Shown one piece after another: positions 26,501 through 40,787 of a stretch of 64,000 nt of DNA; within the stretch, counting starts at the first letter, position 1, and each line of letters opens with the position of its first letter. The notes beneath the pieces were generated by a model that worked only from the letters and a program-made list of their open reading frames with translations, had not been told where the DNA came from and ran no database searches. The position numbers and the translations under genes are program-made. This DNA is from Octopus sinensis (taxonomy: Eukaryota): contig NC_043005.1 of assembly GCF_006345805.1 (NCBI RefSeq), forward strand, positions 64,728,001 to 64,792,000, read 5' to 3'.

Positions 26501-29500
26501 GGCATGAACTGATTAGATTTGGAATTGATCCAGTCCTGGCAACGATTTTGGATTGTTTTCCCTGTTTTTATACTTAATTTTTGAGAGCAACCAGGTTCAT
26601 TTTTAGTATTCTCATTTGTGAGAGTAGTTGAGTTTATTTTCGATATTCTCATTTTAAAAATCATCTCCGGCTAATCGTTGAGAGAACATTGGTGTTGCCT
26701 TGGCAGAGGTTTGTGCTCTACAAGTGCTCTTGTTATTATTATAGAAGAAAGTTATTATAATAGAATGTTCTATTATTATAGAAAAATGTTATTATTATAG
26801 AAGAATGATAAATATAGACATCCATTCCAAGGGTTCATATAGTCAGAATATAGTGAAAGAGGGTTATGTTAAGGAAATAAGTAATATAATTTTCTTGAGT
26901 CAATTAATTGTAAAAAACACAATAACAAGAGAAATTACTCACTTTCAATAGACAGTGAACTGGAAAATTATTCTAACTATCCTACAAAGAAACCTAATGA
27001 AATACTTGCTATAGGACTTGTCTCATCTCCTGTAACATTTGTATATGAAGTGTTATCAGGAAGGATCTAGTTTACTCATGCTGTGATTATGTTGTTCAGC
27101 AGAAATGTATCCACAGTGGCGAGTTGGTAGAAACGTTAGCACACCAGGCGAAATGCTTAGTGGTATTTCGGCTGCCACTATGTTCTGAGTTCAAATTCCA
27201 CCGAGGTCTACTTTGCCTTTCATCCTTTCGGGGTCGATTAAATAAGTACCAATTACACACTGGGGACGATACAATCGACTTAAACTGCTTGTCTGTCCTT
27301 GTTTATCCACTCTGTGTGTAGCCCCTTGTGGGCAATAAAGAAATAAGAAATGTATCCACAGCTGTCTATTATTGGTAGCCACCCTACTATTCAGTAAAGT
27401 AAAAGGGGTAAAGACCCCCTTCAGTTGTGAATGACCATGGGATTACACCTACAAAGTTCTCCTCTGAGGTACAATACCAGGTAAGGTTGTTTATGGAAGA
27501 CCAGCAGTCACCTGTGCATACCAGACACCCTCTCTCCACACCACCAATGTTATTCAGGGAAGAGGCAAAGGCTGATACAACTTGGCACCTGTGATGTCCT
27601 AACTCATTTCTATAGCTGAGTGAACTGGAGCAACATGAAATAAAGTGCCTTGCTCCAGAACAACACATAGCCCAGTCTGGGAATCGAACTGACTACCTCA
27701 TGATTGTGAGTCTGATGCTCTAACCACTGAGCCATGCACCTTCAGTACTACGTTTTACCCTTTTGTTTTTTACTATTCAGCAGGTTGGCTACAAATAGGC
27801 AGAGTAGAAAATATTGTGTTCTATTATTATACAAAGTTTTTCTGCAATTACCGTTACTATTACAAGTGACAAATCTGAACTAATATGTCTATATCAAATT
27901 TGAATGAAGCTCAGAAAGTCTTGTTATGAAGAACCTTAAAAAGTTTTGCAAGGATTTTCATGAACATTCTTTGGTCAACACAAGTTTTTTGAGTGGCATA
28001 TGTATTTCAAGTCTGGCCAAACATTGAGTTAACATAATGAGCATTCAAACGACCAGTTGCAAGAAAAACACCAGAAAATATGCGTAAAATTCATGAACTA
28101 ATCCATGACGATCATCTCCAACCAGTCCGTCAATTCTCTTACCTGATTGAAATTAGTTATGGAGACAAACTGGAGGTTCTCGTAGAAAACCTAAACATGG
28201 ATCTTAATTGCTAAATAGTCTATCAATTCACACCCACCATATTAGCCAGATCCATTCCCCTGTAACTTTGTCATGTTTATCAAAATGAAACTGAAGCTGA
28301 AGTAGCACTGCTTCAAGATGGTAGATAAAATTCACATGGAATCACAGGCTTTATTGGATAGCCCTTAGGAAGAAGTCTTTTGTGAGACATTTGAGGCATG
28401 GAAGATGAGCTGGATTGCTAAGTAAGGACTATTTCAAAGGGCCTGGAGTTCAAATATAATGGCATGGAATATATTATTTACTAGAGTAACATGTCTATTT
28501 TTCGTTTTTTACATCTAATCTGGATACTTTATAATAAATCTCTGTCTAATTGCATAGAAATTTGTATATAATGAAAGTGGATGATATGTACTGAATATAA
28601 AAATAAATATCTTGATAGTAAATGGTAGATAACACAGTAATTAAGAAATTATAGCTAAATTTAAAATAAATAAACTGAATGAATCAATAACTCATTAAAA
28701 CAATAACTGCACATAAAGATATTCTTAATTGCAATGATAGTTTTATCATAGTTACAACAAATGAATAGCTAGTTGAATCACCATCAACAAATTCATTAAG
28801 CTTAATAAGTATACTTTTATCAAGGGACAAAAATATATTTTATTGAGGAAGCTTATAATAAATGGTATAAAATGTATAAATACAAATAAATATGATTCTC
28901 CCAAAGTGGTTTGCTTGCAAAACACATTAGAAATTTACATGATATTCTGAAACAATAGAACTATAGTTTTTGGGAGTGTTTTATGAAGTTAAATATTAAA
29001 AAGCTATATTAGAATTCTGAGACACTATGACCACTACAACTTTTTTGATAATCTCTCATGGGGATGCTAGCCAAATAAGAATTACCTAATAAATGCAAAT
29101 AATATTTCCTTCTTCTAGAACAACTGCAAATCCTTTACAAATTTCAAGCAAGCTGAAGTTCTTGTTTTATATATTACAATCAACAAAAAAAAAAAAGAAA
29201 AAAAAAAAAAAGAAACTGCCAATCAAACAAACAAACCTTCATTTAAAACTACAGCAAATAACTTAATTTGTGTATTTCAAATCAAATCTTAACTGTTTTA
29301 AGAGTTTGGTTTATCAATTTTTAATGGTATAAACAGTTATAATTATGTCATAATTGACTGAAAGTCAGACACTTTGATTTTGATTAGTCTCTTAGATTTC
29401 TGATAGAATTTATTTAACTGTTCATTCTCATGGAATGAGAAATGCAACTGAATAAGTTGTTTGGACAAGTGACAGACTATTTAGTTATAGACTCTCTGTA

Positions 29501-31375
29501 AACTTAGTTATGAAATAGGTATTAAGTTGAGGTACATTCCATCACTGGATGCATTAGAGGTATTATGTATCTAACAAATATTTCAATAGCTAATCCTAAA
29601 TTCTGTCATGGCCACACATATTTTCTTCAAGATGGAGAAATGTTTATCAATCAGTTAACATGTTGGGATAAGCTGCAATTCTTCCCACTTTCTGTACAGT
29701 GATTCTCATAAACAAAATCTAAATTATTTAGAAACAGATTCCTTCCTCTCATTAATCTTGTCATGCTCTACAGAAGGTATGTACTAACTGGACTACATAG
29801 TGAAAGTAATTGGGTTCCCCAGGGAATAAGAAAAAATAGATACTAGAAATATATCAGTAGTTTATTAAATTGTCTCTCTCTCTACCATACCTTTGTAGTT
29901 AAAATAATTGGTTTACTTTAAAATATCAGATTTTTCTTTCATAAAATTAACAATAATCAAACCTTTTAGTTTCAACTAAACTATTTATTAAACTAGAATT
30001 ACTCACATGTGTCAATATTAATAGATGTCCAAGTCAGGGACTTCATACCCGGCTCAAAACTATCATATATGTCAGAATAGTATGGGCCCATCACTGGTAT
30101 CAGCAAGGATGGAATCTTTGCTTTGATATGTTTGAATTCATTAAGCACATCTTGAAACCTTCAAACAAAAAGTGAAAGGAAGATGATGTTAATAAATTAT
30201 TGAGATGAAGGAACAAGCATAGGAAAATATCCAGAAATAAAAAGGTTTTACACAAAATGTATTATTTTTCTATTATTATAAATTTCTACAAAGTATCACA
30301 GATTAATGGTAAACTTTTGATAAATCAAGTCTGCAGTATGGTTTCTTATCTACCTACGAGTTTGACCATGATTTAACATCTTTCCTGACATGTGATACAA
30401 AAAATGAATTATTTGGTAAAAGAAACAGATATGTGTAGTTAATTCAGAGACACCTGAATGAAAATAACTAATAACATCTTTGGTAAACATTCAACATAAA
30501 AATCAATGAGTTGTTTTATCCTGTTCACCAACACTTCACTCAGAGATACTGAGATGATCAAAATTCTGATCATCTCAGTTTGAAGAAAAGGAATAATTTT
30601 GGGTCAATGGGTAAACTCCTTGTTACTCTTTACTCTTTTACTCTTTTACTTGTTTCAGTCATTTGACTGCGGCCATGCTGGAGCACCGCCTTTAATCGAG
30701 CAACTCGACCCCAGGACTTATTCTTTGTAAGCCCAGTACTTATTCTATTGATCTCTTTTGCCGAACCGCTAAGTAACGGGGACATAAACACACCAGCATC
30801 GGTTGTCAAGCAATGCTAGGGGACAAACACAGACACACAAACACACACACGCATATATATATATATACATATATACGATGGGCTTCTTTCAGTTTCCGTC
30901 TACCAAATCCACTCACAAGGCTTTGGTCGGCCCGAGGCTATAATAGAAGACACTTGCCCAAGGTGCCACGCAGTGGGACTGAACCCGGAACCATGTGGTT
31001 GGTAGACAAGCTACTTACCACACAGCCACTCCTGCCACAGCCACTCCTGCCACAGCCACTCCTGCCACAGCCACTCCTGTTGTATAATTCATCTGTTAAC
31101 ATCACACAAGCAGCAATTCCACTCCTTTATAGAATTGTATAATACAATATAAGAAAAATATTTCCAAGTTATTATTCTCTTTACTTGTTTCAGTCATTTG
31201 ACTGTGGCCATGCTGGAGTACCGACTTTAGTCAAGCAAATCAACCCCAGGACTTATTCTTTGTAAGCCTAATACTTATTCTATCAGTCTCTTTGCCGAAC
31301 CGCAAAGTTACGGGGACATAAACACACCAGCATCGGTTGTCAAGCAATGGGGAGGGGGGACAAACACACAGACAC

Positions 31376-31427
<52 letters not shown>

Positions 31428-32406
31428 ATATATGTATAATTATACATATATACGACGGGCTTCTTTCAGTTTCTGTCTACCAAATCCACTCACAAGGCTT
31501 TGGTCGGCCCAAGGCTATAGTAGAAGACACTTGCCCAAGGCGCCATGCAATGGGACTGAACCCGGAACCATGTGGTTGGTAATCAAGCTACTTACCACAC
31601 AGCCACTCCTGCGCTTATTATTAAGTGACTAATATTCATATTTTCCTTTAATTTTACTTTTTGTTGGTAAGTAAAGATGATATATAAAATCTCTGAGCAA
31701 GAGATAAACAGTAACAGTACGGAATCGTAAAATATATTTGCCAACTAAATGTGGTATCTTGTAGAGGGCTGTGTCATTGGCCAGCTGGAGGAGATGTCTC
31801 CCTGGGGACAGTAGCCCCATCCTCTGTAGGACCGCCACATTTAGTTGGCAAATATGTTTTTTGATTCCATACTGTTACTGTTTATTTCTCACTCAGAGAT
31901 TTAATATAACTTATCTCTCTCTTTTACAACATCAGCAACAGTGTGTCGCTAGAAAAAGGAAACAGTATTTTGCAAGTGGAATGAGTTCTTCATCACTAGC
32001 CAGTGATTAACACAGACTGAAGATGGGTAACCACCCAGAAACTCGGGTCTGTGTGTATCACATAAGGCTCAAGATGGGAGCAATGACCTCCCTTGCAAAT
32101 ACTAACTGGACACAGATTGTTTGTCGTTGGCCAGCTGAAGGAGATGTCTTCCTGGAGCTAAAAACAACAGTAGCACCATCCTCTATAGGACCGCCACATT
32201 TAGTAGGGAAATATAGTTTACAAAAGATAATATAGAAAATGAAGTAAATATATATATATGTATTGCTTTAAATCAGTTAAAATGTTTTGAGTAATTTTAA
32301 AAAGAAAAGTTAGTATCATCTTGTTTCTACTCCAGATTGGTAGAAATCCCTTCATAGTACAGATATTACTATTTTCCCACCAAATTTTGTATTCTTTCAT
32401 CCGCTA

Positions 32407-32468
<62 letters not shown>

Positions 32469-35400
32469 ATTATCAGAATTGTTTTAATATATTTATAACT
32501 TCGAATATTACTTTCATTTCATGCACCACTTTGCCTCTTGTCAAAGAAGCAGTCTTTCAACAACTTCATTGCTAAATTGTAAAGAATTCTGATGGAACAA
32601 TCTTATATAATTATCATATATTCTATCCAACAGAAATTGCCAAAGAAGTTATTATCTCTAGCTGCCGCAATTTCTCATGATTTAAATTGCTAATATTCTT
32701 GAATATGATATACTTGTAATAGCATCTCAAGTCTTCTACATATAAACTCTCAAATTTTGTTTTGTTTGTCTGCTATTTCTTATTTCAACAAGTTAATTGT
32801 TATCTTGCTAGGACACTGCCATAAATACTTCTTCCATTTTCATTTTGTGTTTGGAATTTCTTGTTTCTTTGTTATGGTGTAGGGTTATCTAGGATCTTGT
32901 GCAGTAGAATATCCAAGCACTGTTTGAGTTTATTGATATGTACCCAATGTAGATTCCTTATATTTTGATGTTATTGTAATATTTGGAATGGAGAAAGTGA
33001 ACCCTTGGCACTGAAATGATGCTCAATTTAGAATCAGCCATTTCAGTGACCAAATCTGGTACCTGTCCCTCTAGGAACTTCCTGTTATGAATTAGTTCAT
33101 ATTTTCCTGTTTTTTATTATTATTCCAGAGAATATAGCCTAAACTATTTAATATTTCCCAGTAGTTCAGTTGCTTCATAAAAAAAATCTTTGTAGAACTA
33201 TTTTCCAATTTAGTAGAAAGATTGATATATAACTGAAGTGACCCAGAAGTTTTATCCACAAGACCACCATAACTTTTTTGTTGGATTTCACAAAATATTC
33301 TCCAACTCCATCTTGCCAGATGTCTGCACATTGTTTCCAACTTAACAACAGGCTTGAAATTACATGTTTGAATTCTCATCATAATTTCCAGGTCTTGCAC
33401 AGGTTCAGACTCTGGGATTACAACTCTGTTGGCTTTTGCTACCCATATTCTTGTGTGTTCAATGTTTCAGAGTATTAAAACATTTCAGCATTGAATCTGT
33501 GTCTTAGTTCATCTGTGTTATAGCATTAAATTATTTTCATAGCTCATAATTTTCATGACTATGCAAAAATATCAATCTATTTCAACAGAACAACAAAGAT
33601 TTTGCTGTTCTAAATTAGCTTCATCTATAATATCTACTTAAATATAACTCATCTGACAAAGCAAAGATTGAATACTTAACCAAGTTTGCATGATTTTGGC
33701 GTTTAAATGTCTGCATAACTTTTAAGCAATTTTTATGCTGATTTCTGCTCTGTTATTAGTTTTTCTCCATCAGATCTAGTTTTTCTGTAATAAAACTTTG
33801 TATTATGGTATCAGAGAATCAAATGACAGTGATTATCTGATTTAGGTTGCACAACAAAATAGATTGCTATAAATCAATGCTGACCAAATATTAGTAAAAG
33901 TAAAATAGCAGCCAATATAAGTTTATTAAACAGTTTTTGGCAACTCTGACACATGACGTAACCTTGAAAAGTTGTGTACACAATTGCTAACTGATGCTTT
34001 ACTGTTGTAATTAATTGTTCCAGAGGTTAGTTCTTGGTGATATTTACTTATAAACTCCACTTAAAATGAATACATATAGATGTAAGTATGTGAACAATCC
34101 AGGCATATTCTGCTACATTTGTGGCAAATATATTCTCATTAATCAGATACAAAATATAAATGATCTTGTAAAAGAATCTATACTTCGCTTATTTTGGTGT
34201 TAAACTCGGTGATGAAGACAAACCTTGGGCTCCACACAAGGTATGTCACATTTGTGTGGAAGGGATGAGACTCTGGGAAGCTGATAAGAAAAATGAAATG
34301 CCCTTCGGAATACCAATGGTGTGGCGAGAGCCAAGTAACGTTACTTCAGAGAGTGATGAAGAAGACAAATGTGAAGAAGGTGATGACTACACTCTTGACA
34401 AAATCGAAAGTCCACAGTTATTTACACAGGAAGAGCTCAACGATTTGGTTTAAAGACGTGAATCTACCAAAGGATGCAGTGGAACTTCTTCGTTTTAGGC
34501 TAAAAATGAAAAAGCTTTCGTTAACGGGAACCTTCTCTTGGTACCATCTCAAGGGAACACAAGGTGTTACCATTCTTTGCTGAGGATGAATCGGTGGTGT
34601 TTTGCTATGCTATTCCAAACCTGCTAAGCTATTTTGAGATCAAGAGCAATCCCTCAGAATGGACGCTATTAATTGATTCCTCCAAAAGGAGTTTGAAGGC
34701 TGTCTTGCTACACAATGGAAATAAGTAATCATCCATTCCAGTGGCACATTCTGTACAACTTAAGGAGACATGAAAATGTAAAAGAACTTTTGTTAAATAT
34801 AAAGTATGCAGAATACCACTGACAAGTGTGTGGAGATTTTGAAATTATAGGCATGCTTTTAGACCAGTAGGTAGGCTCCACAAAAATGCCATGTTTCTTA
34901 TGTGAATGGGACAGCAGAGCTAAAGAAGAGCCCTGGATGGTTAAAAACTGACCACAAAGGAGAAGTTTATCACGTGGATCCAAAAACATTCTGCCCGAGT
35001 CCTTGATTGAACTTACAAAAGTACTACTACCACCTTTGTACATCAAGCTGGGTTTGATGAAACAGTTTCTTAAATCTTTGTCTGCAGATGGACCATGTTT
35101 GCAGTATCTTTCAAAAAAATTCCCAAATATAACCAGTGAGAAAATTCAAGCAGGAGTTTGTCTAGATTATGAGAAATCCCTGAATGAATCTCAAAAATAA
35201 GCATGGGTGAGCTTCAAGTGTGTTGCCAAGAATCTTTTGGGAAACAGTAAGTGCTCAAATTACAAAGTCATAGCTGATACCAAGTTGCAAAACTTCAAAA
35301 AGCTTGGGTGCAACATGAATGTTTAACTGCACTTTCTTCACTCACATCTTGACTATTTCCCAGAGTACCTTGGCAATGTAAGTGAAGAGCATGGTGAGAG

Positions 35401-37828
35401 ATTTCACCTGGACATTAAAGAAATGGAGCAGAGGTATCAGTTGGGTAGAATGTAAACATGATGGAGGATTACTGCTGGACCCTAAAGAGAGATTGCAAGC
35501 AACTACCAAAATCTGGAAGGAAATCAAAGAAAAAGAAGTTTGAAAAGGAGTAAAATTACTTTAAAGCCATGGTAAGTGCATTAAAAATATATATCTAGTC
35601 AATATGTAGACCTACATACTATTCATATCCTTTTTATTATTGTTCTTAATTTCATCACACCTTTATCTAAAAGTCTGCCACAAAAAGGAATGAATGACAA
35701 GAAAAATCATCATATCTTTGGCAGCCATTTGTGCAAAATCTGTACATGATCGGTAAAATCTAAAAACATATTTGAAATCAGCATTAGAAAAATGGTTCAG
35801 GATCACCTATAAGCAGACAATCATCATTTATTTCATTTAAAAAAGCAGACTTGTGTAATCATCTAGTTATTAAATTACTATGAATAACACTATGAAATAC
35901 AAAACATTTAATTAGTCTATACATCCACATACAGAAACAAGAGATTTTCTATGGCTTCTGTATAGAATATATTAATTTATCATTTTTATTACAGAGAGAG
36001 GAGTCTTTAATCATGCATATTTTGACATATCTAGCATAATACAAATTATTTTCATCTGCTCAATTTGCTCAAATTTTGCAAAGCAATACTTGCTTAGAGC
36101 AATCATTCTTTTACAACAAAATGGTAAACTAGGTAAAAGAGAGCTAATGTTTTTTTTATGCAACATGACACAGTGCTAATAATGTGATGACTTGTCTTGT
36201 TGTATCTTCCATACACAAAGTTTGGTAAATTAAATGAAAAACAAAAGTACTGTGATACAGAATTAAAAAATGAAAATAGATTATTAAAAACACCGACTGC
36301 TGCTAGTGCATGTTTTATAACTTCCTGCTTCTATAACAAATCAAAAAGTAATTGAATAATGAGATAATTTCCCCCCAAAAAAATTATCCTGACAGACACT
36401 AATAAAAACAAGTAATTTGTTTATTGAATTTGAAATTTTTTCTTTTAACTATGTTGCTCTGCATTTTTGTGTTAAGAAAGAACTGACTCAGTTGATAGGA
36501 CATTAACTGAAATCTTAATGGTGCATACCATTTGGGGCTCGAAAAGGTATGGTTCATGTCAACAAATGGAGTTTACCTAGTTGTAAATTGGTTCAATCAT
36601 CATCATCATCATCATCATTTAGCATCCGCTTTCCACGCTAGCATGGGTTGGACGGTTCAACTGGGGTCTGGGAAGCCAGAAGGCTGCACCAGGCCCAGTC
36701 TGATCTGGCAATGTTTCTACAGCTGGATGCCCTTCCTAACGCCAACCACTCCGTGAATGTAGTGGATGCTTTTTACATGCCACCAGCACAGGTGTCAGAT
36801 GGGGCTAGCAAACGGCTACGGTCGGATGGTGCTTTTTACGTGCCACTGGCACGGGGGCCAGGCAAGGCTGGCAGCAGCCACGATCGGATGGTGTTTTTTA
36901 CATGCCACCAGCATGGGGGCCAGAAATAAAATAAGTCATAGGATTCATAAATACTTAATGAATATTTCATAATTATGGGGTGGTCAGATTAAATTATTCT
37001 TGCGTTTGAAGAATAATTGAAATGTGTACCAGTTTTCCCATCCTTGAATCATTTCATGTGGAAGAAATCTTTAGTAAGGCTTCTTCAACTTAACAAAACA
37101 AGATACTTTTCTGACACAGATACTTTAGATTATTGTGATAAGCAATTCACACAGGATAGAAGACATTCATAAAACTCTTATACAGGCACATAGCTCTGCT
37201 GTACTGACATAAACAAAAGGTAAACATATACTTAAAAGCAATCCTTAAATTTCTTTTTAATAAAATCTTAATATTTCTATAATATTCCTTTAATTTTTTC
37301 ATTTAATACAAAGGAATATTTTGTTTCTTTCTAGTAATGCACCTTATAATAAAATCAGAAAGAGGTACAGGGTGATGAGATTTTCTTGCATTTCTCATTA
37401 GCGTTTGTGGTTTAAGAAGTGTGAAATAGTTTCAGCAAGAAATTAAGAGCATTTTATGAATTGGCTTTTCAAATATTTATTTATTTCAAATATTTATTCA
37501 AATATCTATTTAAAAATAACTAAATGAACTGCAATACATCACAATAATTATTGAAGTAATGATACACAAACTTACAAAGCAAGCTTTCTCTGTACTCATA
37601 AACCAAGAACTCATTCAAAACTAAAGTTAACAGACACTATAGGCATAGGAGTGGCTGTGTGGTAAGTAGCCTACTTACAAACCACATGGTTCCGGGTTCA
37701 GTCCCACTGCATGGCACCTTGGGCAAGTGTCTTCTACTATAGCCTCAGGCCAACCAAAGCCTTGTGAGTGGATTTGGTAGACAGAAACTGAAAGAAGACT
37801 GTAGTATATATATATATGTGTGTGTGTG

Positions 37829-37867
<39 letters not shown>

Positions 37868-40744
37868 ATATGTTTGTCCCCCCAATATCACTTGACAACC
37901 AATGCTGGTGAGTTTACGTCCCTGTAACTTAGCAGTTCGGCAAAAGAGTACTAGGCTTACAAAGAATAAGTCCTGGGGTCAATTTGGTTGACTAAAGGCG
38001 GTGATCCAGCATGGCCACAGTCAAATGACTGAAACAAGTAAAAGAGTAAAAGAGACACTGGATAAACAAGAAATTTTAAACACTCATCAAATAAACTTAA
38101 ATATCTAAGTAGTTCAAGCTAAGGAGACTAATAGATATAAAAAATTACATACCAAGGTAACAGGATTTTGAGTGAACTTTCCTTGGCAACCATATCTTTG
38201 GCCTTCCCTGGAGCATCAAGTCCTAAGTACATGATCCATTTTGTTTCCAGTATAGCATCAAAAATTTGTATATCAAAATTTACAAACAGTTCATCATTTG
38301 CAGGAGCATACATTAGAAGTGGAATATGTAGATTTCTTTTAATACTCACCACAGCTTTATACCAACTGTGATAATAGCAAAGCTTAAAAAGAAGACATAA
38401 ATAATCATGTATTTAAAGTAAAATGGGACCATCTAAGGATGCTAGTATTCTTAATATAATATATAATGAAATTATTGTATACAGTGCTCAGGTGCACCAC
38501 AACTTGTCAAAAGTACATATAAAGCATATGCAGTAATGTACAAATGTCTGGAAAGTGAAGAGTGTATGAGTCAGATACATGCTTGCATGTGTATGGAGGG
38601 GAGAAAATCAGGTATAGTGTTGGCAAATCTCAGGAAGCATGGAAGTTTTGAAGGATGCAGGGCTCCGACAACTAATAACTGATGCCGGCAGTTTGTTCCA
38701 TGCTTCAGCAACTTTTAGTGTGAAAAAATGTTTCCGAAAGTCATGGGAGCTGTGTTGTTTTCTGACTTTGTAAACATGTCCACGAGTGTTATACAGATGG
38801 AGTTTGAAAAGGTGCTCAGAATTATTGTTTGTAAGATGGCTAATAATTTTATGGGTGTCTTCCAAGTCAGCTACCAGACATCGGAGTTTCAATGTGTCCA
38901 TGCCCAGGGAAGTAAGGCATTCAGAATATGGCAAATGCCTGATGGAGGGTATTCTCCTAGTTGCACATTGCTGAACAGCTTCCAGATGATTAATATCCTG
39001 GGCAAGATAGGGGTTCCAGACTGGTGATGCAAATTCCAGATGAGGTCGCACCATAGCTATACAAAGCCGCAGATAGATAGCCGTACGGCGGCTCACAAAG
39101 GACTTGGTGAGTGATGCCAAGACACCCTCAGCCTTCTTGGCAATTCCATGCAATATCTTTGCATGGAATAGAAATAGTGCCAAATGATGAGTTTTCAGAA
39201 ATGTTAACAAAAGAACCGTACACAGTTATAATAGAATTAAGTCCTTTGGTTTCTTTCCTTTGTGATCACTTCTATGTTTTATGTTTGATCTGCATATATA
39301 TTATGTTGCTTTGCATTTGGCAATTTATATATTTTGTAGTAATGTATCAAGATATTTTTGTCAATTTAGTATTTATGACTACATAAATTAATGAATCATT
39401 AACACCATCAGCATTTTAATATATTTTGAAGATGCAGAAAGAATAAAACAATAACATCACTAAAATTACATCTTATTTCGACATAAATGTTCTCCTTTTT
39501 ATTTTTATTTTTGCTGAACACTACTCATTAGACATATTTCTCGTTAACTCACCTCATAAGTCTGCAAACATTTTGTTAACTTTCTGTAATTAGCCATTAT
39601 CCTCTGTCCATCCGGGTGCTAAAAATATAAAGAGTACAACGAAACAAGCTCTGAATATCAACATATCTATACATATAAAGCTGAAGTTGTCTGTGTATGG
39701 CAGGTTTGGTAGCCTTCAGCTAACACTATCTCCTCCGAGACCCTGCAGCACAAGTTGACCAAAATTGAGAGTATGATAGAAGAAAGCTTGCTCTTCCTTC
39801 CATAGAAGAAACAATTCAAATCAGACAATGTTAACACCAAAAATTATTTACATCAAAAAGGTGCTTTTTTTTCTATGCAAATCCCTATTTTTTACGATTT
39901 TTTGACTGCTATGTCGCCATTTTTCGGTGTATTTCAACCAGAAAAATGTTCACTTAAAGAGAATAACAAGCTACATATTGCAAAATTTTTACTTTTCAAA
40001 AATTCCAAACAAACCCGAGCAACGCCGGGCGATACCGCTAGTTAATGCTTATAAAATTGTTATGAAGTTTTTCAAACATTTTGTTAGGTTTCTGATTAGA
40101 TTTATAATTTTTGTTTTTGAATCAGACTTGAAATGTATAGCAAAAATAAAAAATTATGTGTTTCCCAGTGTATTTTTAAATATTGTAAATATTTATGCTG
40201 ATTCATGCTCATTTGAATTTTCTAGATAACTGAAGGTATGCTCTACTTCTCCAATCCCAAAACCTACTATAAATTTCACCAACGTCTTATATCCCAAGAA
40301 TTTTTCCATTTAGTTATCTAACTTCTTCATACACATTTTCTTCTAAATTACATTATAATCTGTTCTAGGAGATTACATATCTCACAAGCAGATAAACAGC
40401 TTATTTACTTGTATTCATTCTTTAATGTAGCTAATGTCTTCAGCTGAGGACTTGTCTATGAATATTACTTGACATTTAATACCTTTCTAATCCCTTCAAT
40501 ATTTATTTTCACTTCCTTTAAATAATATGTAATTGTCACAAAGATAATGTATTTGACTAATGGATTATGCGTTTATGGAATAATGTTTCACAATCAGAAG
40601 AAAATGGTACAAGTTATCAAAGTTACTCTGATAATAAAAGAAAAGTGATTTATTAATAATGGAAACTGAAAATCCAAAGCTTTGCCAAACATTAAAAGCA
40701 AATCAGACAAATTATTATATGCAGTTATGATGTGTACCAGAGTA

Positions 40745-40787
<43 letters not shown>

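Noticed and set aside
29560-29830. Very old LINE RT fragment
   Set aside because: Only a weak PQG-like motif among many stops; cannot be supported.
38345-38352. Internal GTGAGT donor within the 38153-38382 exon
   Set aside because: The protein aligns with DNAH5 without a gap across this point, so it is coding; at most a minor alternative donor.
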